The notes: generated from the sequence alone by a model not told the origin. A DNA stretch of 33,786 nucleotides from Acutalibacteraceae bacterium (GCA_045596185.1 JAZOBW010000071.1:1-33786), one strand, 5' to 3'; positions 9,973 to 18,579 are shown, counted from the stretch's first letter. Translations and numbers: made by a program.

Positions 9973-11109
9973 TCAAGCCGTCGCATCTATAACCGTTTGA
10001 CGGGCAAGTTTATCAGCCTCGAAAATATCATCAAGTGTATAATCTTTCATATCGGGAACCGAAAGCATAGCCTTTTCATTAAGTCGGGCTATATCAAGAA
10101 AACCTATCCTGCCCTCAAGGAAAAGCCTTACCGCCTCTTCATTTGCCCCATTAACGGCGGTGGGATAGAGTCCTCCCCTGTTTATAGCCTCTACACAAAG
10201 TGGCAGACAGCGGAAGGTGTCGGTATCGGGGCGCTCAAATGTAAGTGTGCCAACCGAGAACAGATCAAGTTTTTCAAAACCTGCCGCACGATAGGGATAG
10301 GTCAGTGCATACTGTATCGGCAGATGCATATCGGGGGTGCCTAGTTGTGCAATTACAGCGCCATCGGCAAACTGTACACCCGAATGAACAATACTTTGCC
10401 TGTGAACCAGAACCTCTATCTGAGAAGCGGTTACACCAAAAAGGTGAACCGCCTCGATAACCTCAAGACCCTTGTTCATCAGTGTGGCTGAATCAATAGT
10501 GATTTTTGCACCCATAGACCAGTTTGGGTGTTTTAATGCCTGAGCAGCAGTAACATTTTCAAGTTCGCTGCGGGTCTTGCCGAAAAACGGACCGCCCGAA
10601 GCGGTAAGCAGTATTTTTTCAAGACTGCCTTCAGGTGTACCCTGAAGGGACTGGAAAATAGCCGAATGTTCACTGTCTACCGGAAGAATGGCGACGCCCT
10701 TTTCCTTGGCGAGGCGATTGACAATCGTTCCGCCGGTAACCATAGTTTCCTTGTTTGCCAAAGCAATAGTCTTTCCTGAATTTATAGCGGCTATCGTGGG
10801 ACGCAGACCCGCTATACCTACGATTGCACTGAGCACAGTATCGCCCCTGCCCCGCGCTATTTCACATACGCCTTCAGCACCCGAAAGCACCCTGATATCG
10901 GTATCTTTGAGTGCTATTTTAAGTTCCCGTGCCGCTGTTTCATCGTTAAGTGCAACGGCAAGAGGTTTGAATTTTCGTGCCTGTTCTTCCAACAGTTTGG
11001 CATTACTACCGGCGGTAAGGGCGGTGACCCTTATGCCCATTTCCTGCGCAACATCTAGCGCCTGTGTACCGATAGAGCCTGTAGATCCTAAAATAATAAG
11101 TTCTTTCAT
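9973..11109 (-). CDS. dxr: 1-deoxy-D-xylulose 5-phosphate reductoisomerase
   Basis: ILGSTGSIGTQALDV NADPH-binding N-terminus, LANKE, DSEHSAIFQ, HPNWSMG. The start overlaps the cdsA stop (TAATG). Confidence 0.95.
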   Translation of the reverse strand: MKELIILGSTGSIGTQALDVAQEMGIRVTALTAGSNAKLLEEQARKFKPLAVALNDETAARELKIALKDTDIRVLSGAEGVCEIARGRGDTVLSAIVGIAGLRPTIAAINSGKTIALANKETMVTGGTIVNRLAKEKGVAILPVDSEHSAIFQSLQGTPEGSLEKILLTASGGPFFGKTRSELENVTAAQALKHPNWSMGAKITIDSATLMNKGLEVIEAVHLFGVTASQIEVLVHRQSIVHSGVQFADGAVIAQLGTPDMHLPIQYALTYPYRAAGFEKLDLFSVGTLTFERPDTDTFRCLPLCVEAINRGGLYPTAVNGANEEAVRLFLEGRIGFLDIARLNEKAMLSVPDMKDYTLDDIFEADKLARQTVIDATA

Positions 11110-11927
11110 TAAATTACCCCAAAAGAAGCATACATATACAACAGCGGTGCTATGAGAAGTATGCTGTCTACCCTGTCAAGCACACCGCCGTGACCAGGAA
11201 TAAGATTACCGTAATCCTTGATGCCCACCTTACGCTTTATGACCGATGCAAAAAGATCACCCAACATTCCTATCATACAGAAGGGAACGGTAAGCACAAG
11301 GGCAAGAAGTAGACGGTCCACCCTTCTAAAGCATAGTGCGAGAATGATGGTTACAATAAAACTAGATATTATTCCGCCGATAGCACCCTCTACAGTTTTC
11401 TTTGGGCTGATAGTGGGACAAAGTTTGCGTTTTCCCCAAATGGTACCGACAAAATATGCACCCATATCACATATCGACGAGAAATTGAGAAGCATCAGTA
11501 AATAGTATATTCCGCCCTCCATATGGATAATGCTGCCCAGTGAAATAAATGCATAACTTATAAATATAGGCATTGCGGCAAACATCACTATCTGTTCAAT
11601 GGAAAATTTATCGTGGTAAAATATTATAACAATAACGGCATAGAGGAAATATATCGCCGTGATACTTGCAAGGTTAAGAACGATGTTACTGAATTTAACC
11701 GCTCCCGAAATACTTGCATACACAGCAAGTGCAGAGTATATTGCCGCTCCGAAAACGGCAAGTTGGTTGTTTATCTTCGCCGCATTATGAAGAAGTTCAT
11801 AAATGCCAACTGCGGCAATTATTGATACTGCCAGTGTTATAACCCACGGCAACCACAACAGACCTATTGTTAGTATGGCGGCAATAATCACTGCCATAAC
11901 AACACCCGATATAATTCGTGTTTTCAT
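11109..11927 (-). CDS. cdsA: Phosphatidate cytidylyltransferase
   Basis: Polytopic membrane protein with the C-terminal signature SVIKRKVGIKDYGNLIPGHGGVLDRVDS. Confidence 0.92.
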   Translation of the reverse strand: MKTRIISGVVMAVIIAAILTIGLLWLPWVITLAVSIIAAVGIYELLHNAAKINNQLAVFGAAIYSALAVYASISGAVKFSNIVLNLASITAIYFLYAVIVIIFYHDKFSIEQIVMFAAMPIFISYAFISLGSIIHMEGGIYYLLMLLNFSSICDMGAYFVGTIWGKRKLCPTISPKKTVEGAIGGIISSFIVTIILALCFRRVDRLLLALVLTVPFCMIGMLGDLFASVIKRKVGIKDYGNLIPGHGGVLDRVDSILLIAPLLYMYASFGVI

Positions 11928-11939
11928 AATTCTACTCCT

Positions 11940-12656
11940 TTATACTCCACCGAAGCGACGGTTGCGACGGCTGAATTCTTCGATTGCACTATCCAAATGT
12001 TTAGGTGTAAAATCTGGCCAAAGAACATTGGAAAACCAATACTCTGCATAAGCTGATTGCCATATCAGATAGTTGGAAAGGCGGTATTCACCGCTGGGAC
12101 GAATAATAAAATCCGGATCGGGCTGTCCTGCCGTGTAAAGACGGTCGCTTACCGTTTGTTCGGTTATATCCTGTTCAGATATTCCCTCCGAAACTATCCT
12201 TCTTACGGCGTGAACAATCTCATCCCTTCCGCCGTAGTTAAGCGCGATGTTCAGTTTAAGACCTGTAGCATCTGCACTTTCCCTTTCGGCATCATCGATA
12301 AGTTCCTTTATATCATCTGCCAACGGAGCGAGATCGCCGATAAATTTAACACGGATATTTTCATCTTTGAAATTCTTTGCATCACGAAGATAATCGCGAA
12401 GAATGTTCATTATGTTATCAACTTCTTCCTTCGGCCGTTTCCAGTTTTCAGTGGAAAAGGCATAAACGGTGAGGTAATGAAGTCCAATTTTATTACAGTA
12501 ACGTGCTATATCCTTAAAATTTTTGGAACCTGCCGCATGACCTGCCGAACGCGGCAACGAGCGGTTTTTTGCCCATCTGCCGTTTCCGTCCATAATTATA
12601 GCAATATGCTCAGGCAAAACGATATCCTGCTTTTTCTTTTTCTTAAAAAAAGCCAT
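11940..12656 (-). CDS. uppS: Isoprenyl transferase (undecaprenyl diphosphate synthase)
   Basis: HIAIIMDGNGRWA, FSTENWKRP and the C-terminal RRFGG motif. Confidence 0.95.
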   Translation of the reverse strand: MAFFKKKKKQDIVLPEHIAIIMDGNGRWAKNRSLPRSAGHAAGSKNFKDIARYCNKIGLHYLTVYAFSTENWKRPKEEVDNIMNILRDYLRDAKNFKDENIRVKFIGDLAPLADDIKELIDDAERESADATGLKLNIALNYGGRDEIVHAVRRIVSEGISEQDITEQTVSDRLYTAGQPDPDFIIRPSGEYRLSNYLIWQSAYAEYWFSNVLWPDFTPKHLDSAIEEFSRRNRRFGGV

Positions 12657-12683
12657 ATTTTAACACCACCTATAGTTGCAAAA

Positions 12684-12705
12684 GCCTCCCATTGGGATGG
12701 GAGGC
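12684..12705 (-). terminator. GC-rich hairpin between frr and uppS, a possible weak terminator or attenuator
   Basis: gcctcccat (12684-12692), tggg loop, atgggaggc (12697-12705). Read on the minus strand it is followed only by a short TTTT. Confidence 0.4.
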
Positions 12706-12720
12706 CCTTTTTTAATGAAA

Positions 12721-13275
12721 TTAAATTTCCATTATCTCCTTTTCCTTGTCTGCACACATCTGGTCAACCTCTTTGCAGAACTTATCGGTAAGATTCTGGA
12801 TCTTCTTTTCGCCGTTGGATTCATCGTCCTCGGTTATCTGATTGGACTTTTTAAGACCCTTCAGTTTATCAAGTGCATCACGGCGAAGGTTACGCAGCGA
12901 TACCTTGGCATCCTCTGCCTTTTTGCGGACATCCTTTACTATTTCCTTACGGCGTTCCTCGGTAAGGGGCGGAAAATTAAGGCGGATAACACGACCGTCA
13001 TTCTGGGGATTGATTCCTATTTCGGAAGTAAGAATAGCCTTTTCTATTTCCTTGAGCGTGGAAGCATCCCACGGCTGGATAAGCAGGGTTCGTGCCTCCG
13101 GAACGGATACCGCCGCCATCTGCTGAACAGGTGTGGGTACGCCGTAATAATCGACCGTAACACGGTCTAAAACCGATACATTTGCACGGCCTGCTCTGAC
13201 CGCTTTATATTCTCTTTCCAATGCGGAAAGTGATTTTGTCATTCTTTCTTCGGTATTTTTAATAAGTTCTTGCAT
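12721..13275 (-). CDS. frr: Ribosome recycling factor
   Basis: 184 aa with RAGRANVSVLDRVTVDYYG and typical Frr length and composition. Follows pyrH as in most bacteria. Confidence 0.95.
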   Translation of the reverse strand: MQELIKNTEERMTKSLSALEREYKAVRAGRANVSVLDRVTVDYYGVPTPVQQMAAVSVPEARTLLIQPWDASTLKEIEKAILTSEIGINPQNDGRVIRLNFPPLTEERRKEIVKDVRKKAEDAKVSLRNLRRDALDKLKGLKKSNQITEDDESNGEKKIQNLTDKFCKEVDQMCADKEKEIMEI

Positions 13276-13297
13276 AATCTTAGCCTCCGTATTGAAA

Positions 13298-14023
<726 letters not shown>

Positions 14024-14035
14024 TTATCAATTATC

Positions 14036-14064
14036 ATTTTACAATATAAGTAGTTCAAAGTCAA
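14036..14064 (-). promoter_or_regulatory. SigA-type promoter for pyrH (TTGACT-17-TAAAAT on the minus strand)
   Basis: Reverse complement of agtcaa (14059-14064) and atttta (14036-14041) with a 17-nt spacer. The RBS AAGGAAG lies downstream. Confidence 0.5.
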
Positions 14065-14088
14065 TTATTTATAATAATAATTTTAATA

Positions 14089-15267
14089 TTATTCAATAAT
14101 ACGGCCCCGTTTTATACTGTCGTTTCCGAAACGGTCTCTTACCGACTGTATCGAGTCCTCTATCTGTTCCTGACGCATATCGTCCCTAGAAGAACCGAAA
14201 AGATCCTGCTGAACGGCAGGTTGTGCGGTCAGCCGTATCGCTCGTATTCCTACCGAACGAAGCGGCTGTTCAAACCGATAGTTTTCATCGAATATCTTCA
14301 TTCCCTTTTTGGCTATCGGTATTGCCGAATTCATCGCTTCGGGTATACTTTTTGAAAACTCTTTTACCTTAAGTGAAATATTACGCGTGTGTATCTGTAT
14401 TCCCATTGCATAAAGTCCCTTTTTGCGAAGTTGGCGTGATATGTCCTCCGAAAGTTCTAAAAATATCTTCCACACCTCTTCGCGGTCGGTTATATCGTGG
14501 TCGGGAGTCACGGAACGACCAACACTTTTCGGTAGGTAATCGTCACTCACGGGTGTTACCGGCGAACAATCAAGTCCCAATGCATAATCCCTTACCATCT
14601 GCCCCGATTTTCCCAATAACCGTGTAAGCATATCCGGATTGCACCTTGCCGCGTCGCCAATCGTAAATACGCCTAATTCCTTAAGCCGTTCGGCGGTACT
14701 GTTACCGACAAAGAGTAATTTCCTTATAGGATAATCCCATATCTTTTCCCTGAAATCTTCCTTTTTTATCGACATTATGCTGTTATAGCCTGCATTATCG
14801 GAGCCGAGTTTTGCAAATATTTTATTAAAACTCACCCCTATGGATACCGTGATACCAAGTTCGGTTTTTATATCGTTTTTTATTCTTTCGGCTATCGTTT
14901 CTCCCGAACCGAAAAGAATCGTGCTTCCCGTAACATCAAGCCAACACTCATCAATACCGAAAGGCTCAATAAGGTCGGTGTAGCGCTCATATATCCTGTG
15001 CGCCGACTGTGAATATTCAGAATACTTTTTATAATCGGGGGAAAGTGTTACAAGTGCAGGGCATTTGCGCTTTGCCTCCCACACAGCCTCTGCGGTTTTT
15101 ACACCCATAGACTTTGCTATCTCGTTCTTTGCAAGTACTATTCCGTGGCGATCCTCGGTGCTTCCGCATACCGCAACCGGAAGATCGTACAGCGTAGGGT
15201 TCGACAGTAATGAAACCGATGCAAAAAAATTATTAAGATCACAATGCAGTATGATCCTATCCTTCAT
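14089..15267 (-). CDS. Y-family (DinB/UmuC-like) translesion DNA polymerase
   Basis: The start is set at the ATG at 15267 (MKDRIILHCDLNNFFASV), preceded by a strong RBS (AGGAGG). Y-family motifs DLNNFFASV and GIDECWLDVTG are present. The listed 17-codon N-terminal extension is rejected. Confidence 0.9.
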   Translation of the reverse strand: MKDRIILHCDLNNFFASVSLLSNPTLYDLPVAVCGSTEDRHGIVLAKNEIAKSMGVKTAEAVWEAKRKCPALVTLSPDYKKYSEYSQSAHRIYERYTDLIEPFGIDECWLDVTGSTILFGSGETIAERIKNDIKTELGITVSIGVSFNKIFAKLGSDNAGYNSIMSIKKEDFREKIWDYPIRKLLFVGNSTAERLKELGVFTIGDAARCNPDMLTRLLGKSGQMVRDYALGLDCSPVTPVSDDYLPKSVGRSVTPDHDITDREEVWKIFLELSEDISRQLRKKGLYAMGIQIHTRNISLKVKEFSKSIPEAMNSAIPIAKKGMKIFDENYRFEQPLRSVGIRAIRLTAQPAVQQDLFGSSRDDMRQEQIEDSIQSVRDRFGNDSIKRGRIIE

Positions 15268-15318
15268 TACGCCGCCTCCTCTACGAATCGCGTTAAAATA
15301 ATTATACCACATAATCAA

Positions 15319-15639
15319 TCAGTTTTGAACACAAAATTTCTCCAGTGCCTTTATGTGCAACCTTTCTATCTGTCGTTTGCTGTAGTTGAATTGATAACTT
15401 ATCTCCTCAAGCGTTCTTCCGCATATATATTTCTGCGAAAGTATCTCGCTTAGAATATCGCCATCGGTGGCGTCGATACAGTCCTCGATAAGATTTCTAA
15501 ATCTGCGACACTCCCTTATGGACGCACGATATCTGTCTGCCCTTTCAGGACAACGTTTTCGCATCTCCTCAAGTCGCTGTATCTTGGATTGCTGTATCCT
15601 ATACTGCTTCAAAAAGCGCTTCTTTTCCTCAATCGTCAT
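15319..15639 (-). CDS. Small sigma-70 region-4-like HTH protein (phage/ICE-type, DUF1492/ArpU-like)
   Basis: 106 aa. An N-terminal coiled segment is followed by GRTLEEISYQFNYSKRQIERLHIKALEKF, a region-4-type HTH. Its start abuts the stop of the upstream zinc-ribbon gene (TGAATG). Confidence 0.6.
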   Translation of the reverse strand: MTIEEKKRFLKQYRIQQSKIQRLEEMRKRCPERADRYRASIRECRRFRNLIEDCIDATDGDILSEILSQKYICGRTLEEISYQFNYSKRQIERLHIKALEKFCVQN

Positions 15640-16026
15640 TCAGTGTCCTCCCTTTCCCGAAATGCTGGGTAATATCCTTGCGACATACTGTCCGTATGTA
15701 TAGCAGGTCTTGTTGCGGCGATTATAATCTTCGAGTTCCAATGTAATCATATTGATGGGATCAACTGCATTCCTGCGACGCCGCCGCTGCTCATATCGCC
15801 AAAGTTTCATTCCCGCATTTCTGCAGGAATCACTGCAAAAATCCCGTCGATCGGTCAGAATGATTCCGCAGTGATGACACCGCCTTATCTTATTTTCCTT
15901 TATTTTGCTGCTATTGCAAAAAGGACAGACCGCAACGCCTTCAAAAGGCGGTTCGTCAAAACCGTGTTCCTCAAAAAATAGATCAAATTTTTCAAATTTT
16001 CTACCACAGTCCGTACAAATGTACAT
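15640..16026 (-). CDS. Cys-rich double zinc-ribbon protein of unknown function
   Basis: The start is set at the ATG at 16026 (MYICTDCGRKF), after the RBS AAAGGAG. It has CxxC...CxxC, then CxxC...FCSDSC, then an Arg-rich tract (RRRRR). Confidence 0.6.
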   Translation of the reverse strand: MYICTDCGRKFEKFDLFFEEHGFDEPPFEGVAVCPFCNSSKIKENKIRRCHHCGIILTDRRDFCSDSCRNAGMKLWRYEQRRRRRNAVDPINMITLELEDYNRRNKTCYTYGQYVARILPSISGKGGH

Positions 16027-16052
16027 ACAATACACTCCTTTCAAATTTCCTC

Positions 16053-16081
16053 TTGACAATTACGAAAATTCGGTATATAAT
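16053..16081 (+). promoter_or_regulatory. Perfect-consensus SigA promoter (TTGACA-17-TATAAT) reading toward xre/immA/M/R
   Basis: ttgaca at 16053-16058 and tataat at 16076-16081. The spacer carries ttacgaaaattcggta, an imperfect copy of the TTACG-N6-CGTAA motif. Confidence 0.75.
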
Positions 16082-16180
16082 GCGAATTGCAAGGAAGATT
16101 TTTTCGAGTTCTCGTAATTACGATTACATTATATTACGCTTTTTCGTAAATGTCAAGTGCAATTTTACGAATTCGCGTAA
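16060..16180. repeat. Set of operator-like palindromes built on the half-site TTACG/CGTAA
   Basis: Four copies: ttacg-aaaatt-cggta (16060-16075), cgtaattacg (16113-16122), ttacg-cttttt-cgtaa (16134-16149) and ttacg-aattcg-cgtaa (16165-16180). Confidence 0.65.
16128..16156 (-). promoter_or_regulatory. Perfect-consensus SigA promoter (TTGACA-17-TATAAT on the minus strand) reading toward the zinc-ribbon/sigma4-like/polymerase operon
   Basis: The minus strand reads gcacTTGACAtttacgaaaaagcgtaaTATAATg. The 17-nt spacer is almost entirely the palindrome at 16134-16149. Confidence 0.75.
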
Positions 16181-16201
16181 AATTCGAAAGGAAGTATTTT
16201 T

Positions 16202-16534
16202 ATGCCGGATATCTACACTAGAATTGAGGAACTTTGCCGAAAGAAAGGAATCAATGTAACCCAACTTTGCACAGCCTGCAATATCCCCCGTGCATCGCTG
16301 TCGGATTACAAGACGGGAAGAAAAAAAACACTGTCCGCCGAAGTACTGTCAAAAATAGCAGACTTTTTCGGTGTCAGTGTCGATTTTCTGTACGGAAAGG
16401 AACCACGCTTTGCAGATGAACAATCCCTTAAAGTTGCACTTTTCGGTGGTAGTTCCGATGTTACTGATGAAATGTGGGACGAAGTTAAACGTTATGCGCA
16501 ATATATCAAGGAGAGGAATAATGGAAACCGCTAA
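16202..16534 (+). CDS. XRE-family HTH transcriptional repressor (ImmR/DdrO-like partner of the downstream metalloprotease)
   Basis: 110 aa. IEELCRKKGINVTQLCTACNIPRASLSDYKTGRKK is a classic Cro/C1-type HTH, followed by a C-terminal tail of about 45 aa. RBS AAAGGAAG. The 3' end overlaps the next gene by 14 nt. Confidence 0.85.
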   Translation: MPDIYTRIEELCRKKGINVTQLCTACNIPRASLSDYKTGRKKTLSAEVLSKIADFFGVSVDFLYGKEPRFADEQSLKVALFGGSSDVTDEMWDEVKRYAQYIKERNNGNR

Positions 16535-16916
16535 TCTTTACCGTATTGCCGAAAATAACGGTATAGCCGTAGACCGATTTCCCCTGCCCGAAAACCGCTC
16601 ATTAGCATTTATGGATGGTGACGCTATGTATGTAGCCATCGATAAAAACATACGCGGTGCAGAAGAACGGGTGTGCCTCGCACACGAGTTAGGCCACTGC
16701 CAAACCGCAAGTTTTTACAACATATATTCACCGCTCGATGTACGCCAAAAGCACGAAAGACGTGCCGATAAGTGGGCGATTAAGGCGCTAATCCCGAAAT
16801 CGGTCTATCGTAATGCTCTTAAACGGGGATACGACAACATCTATTCCCTTGCCGAATTTTTCGGCGTAACAGCCGATTTTATGAAAAAGGCTGTTGAATT
16901 TTATAGTAATTCGTAA
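16521..16916 (+). CDS. ImmA/IrrE-family (COG2856, M78) zinc metallopeptidase
   Basis: The start is set at the ATG at 16521 after the RBS AAGGAGAGG. HExxH is present in CLAHELGHCQT. Its size and its position just after an XRE gene are typical of ImmA/IrrE. Confidence 0.8.
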   Translation: METANLYRIAENNGIAVDRFPLPENRSLAFMDGDAMYVAIDKNIRGAEERVCLAHELGHCQTASFYNIYSPLDVRQKHERRADKWAIKALIPKSVYRNALKRGYDNIYSLAEFFGVTADFMKKAVEFYSNS

Positions 16917-16947
16917 AATATCTTTTGAAACAAAGGATGTGAATAAA

Positions 16948-17895
16948 ATGCCGCAAGAAAAGGCGCCACGCAACAAAACTATAGATACAACTGTATCTGA
17001 CGGCAAACACTATCTTGACCGTTGCATAAAAATAGAAACGGTTCAAAACGATCTTGACAAAATTCTCGACAAAACCATTCATGGAAATACATTTGAAGTT
17101 TCTTCGCTTTTACCACGTGAAAGCGTTGACTTGATAATCGCAGACCCACCATATAACCTTACAAAAAACTACAATGGAACTTTATTCAAAAAGAAAAATG
17201 CCTCCGAATACGAACTATATACAAGAAAATGGATAGAAAGTATATATCCGCTCCTGAAACCCAACGGTTCTATTTATGTTTGTTGTGATTGGGAGACCAG
17301 TTTAATAATCGGAAACATTCTTAATGAATATTTTACCGTGCGTAACCGCATAACCTGGCAACGCGAAAAAGGCAGGGGTGCGAAGGATAATTGGAAAAAT
17401 GGAATGGAGGATATATGGTACGCAACAAAATCAAATACATTCACATTTAATGTAGATCGGGTTAAAATCCGCAAAAAGGTAATTGCCCCATACAAAGTTG
17501 ATGGTGTGCCAAAAGACTGGGAAGAAACCGATAACGGAAATTTCAGGGATACATACCCTTCAAATTTCTGGGATGATATTACCATTCCCTTCTGGTCAAT
17601 GCCGGAAAACACTGCGCATCCCACCCAGAAATCAGAAAAATTGTATGCCAAAATCATTCTTGCAAGTTCAAATCCTAATGACATTGTATTTGACCCATTT
17701 CTTGGTTCAGGAACAACCAGTGTTGTTGCAAAAAAACTGGGTAGACATTACATTGGAATAGAAATAGAAGACCAATATTGTCTTTGGGCAGAACAGCGGT
17801 TGGAAATGGCGGAATCGCAACGCGATATACAAGGATTTACAAATAATGTTTTTTGGGAAAGAAATACATTGAACCAACAGTCTAAACAAAAATAA
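16948..17895 (+). CDS. Beta-class N6-adenine or N4-cytosine DNA methyltransferase (PF01555-type)
   Basis: Motif IV DLIIADPPYNL lies upstream of motif I FDPFLGSGTTSVVA (order IV then I, which defines the beta class). The start is set at the ATG at 16948. Confidence 0.9.
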   Translation: MPQEKAPRNKTIDTTVSDGKHYLDRCIKIETVQNDLDKILDKTIHGNTFEVSSLLPRESVDLIIADPPYNLTKNYNGTLFKKKNASEYELYTRKWIESIYPLLKPNGSIYVCCDWETSLIIGNILNEYFTVRNRITWQREKGRGAKDNWKNGMEDIWYATKSNTFTFNVDRVKIRKKVIAPYKVDGVPKDWEETDNGNFRDTYPSNFWDDITIPFWSMPENTAHPTQKSEKLYAKIILASSNPNDIVFDPFLGSGTTSVVAKKLGRHYIGIEIEDQYCLWAEQRLEMAESQRDIQGFTNNVFWERNTLNQQSKQK

Positions 17896-17913
17896 AAATA
17901 AGGATGTGTTATT

Positions 17914-18579
17914 ATGAATCCGATCTTAAGCGACGATACCATAAAAGAAGTAGAAAATAGTATAATAAACCGGCTAAACAAACTTCCAGATTTTCAAAAT
18001 CCTCGCATCAATAACAGTCCCCGTTCTATTGGAGATACCGTTCAAGATGTGATGGGAGAAATTTTACCATCGTGTTTTCCGGAAAAATTGTTAAAAAATT
18101 TCAGCGCTGATTTTGCAAGACGAGCGATGGCAGACCTTGCTTTTTCGGATGTAGATGACAACTACTATATAGTGGATATTAAAACACACAACACATCTAC
18201 CGATTTCAATATGCCCAATCTAACCTCCGTTGAACGACTGGCGCGATTTTACGAAGATGATAAAAACTATTTTATGGTTTTACTAGTCGAATATTCTGTT
18301 GTTAATGGAGTTTTGACATTTAATAATGCCAATTTTGTTCCCATAGAAAATTTGAAATGGGATTGTCTAACTATCGGAGCACTGGGTTGGGGACAGATTC
18401 AGATTGCAAATTCAAATATTGTTAATATTGACAGAAGTCTTAACCGAGTCGATTGGATGCTTTCGCTTTGTGACGCACTTGATATTTTCTACCCAAAAGA
18501 AATAGAAAAAATAACAGCAAGAATAAATCGATTTTGTTCCGTTCGTAAATTTTGGGAAAATAAAAAGAACAATTTATAA
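17914..18579 (+). CDS. Putative type II restriction endonuclease (PD-(D/E)XK-like), partner of the methyltransferase
   Basis: 221 aa, starting 19 nt after the MTase stop. The candidate catalytic core is D...YIVDIKT (D-x(n)-D-I-K, an EcoRV-like pattern). No other recognisable domain. The gene is A+T-rich. Confidence 0.5.
   Translation: MNPILSDDTIKEVENSIINRLNKLPDFQNPRINNSPRSIGDTVQDVMGEILPSCFPEKLLKNFSADFARRAMADLAFSDVDDNYYIVDIKTHNTSTDFNMPNLTSVERLARFYEDDKNYFMVLLVEYSVVNGVLTFNNANFVPIENLKWDCLTIGALGWGQIQIANSNIVNIDRSLNRVDWMLSLCDALDIFYPKEIEKITARINRFCSVRKFWENKKNNL

Noticed and set aside
12057-12791. 244-aa plus-strand ORF. Similar long antisense ORFs occur at 397-990, 5034-5651, 5820-6335, 20949-21581 and 28272-29084.
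   Set aside because: All lie entirely antisense to high-confidence conserved genes (uppS/frr, the symporter, polC, ffh, the glycosidase). Their sequences are low-complexity and lack RBSs. They are shadow ORFs.
15268-15318. 17-codon N-terminal extension of the Y-family polymerase ORF (MIMWYNYFNAIRRGGGV)
   Set aside because: The extension encodes the AGGAGG RBS for the ATG at 15267. Y-family polymerases normally begin just before the D-x-D/FFAS motif.
16040-16200. LexA (Cheo box, GAAC-N4-GTTC) operator upstream of the polymerase operon
   Set aside because: Scanning both strands by eye found no GAAC-N4-GTTC-like element; only the TTACG/CGTAA palindromes are present. A formal PWM scan would still be worthwhile.
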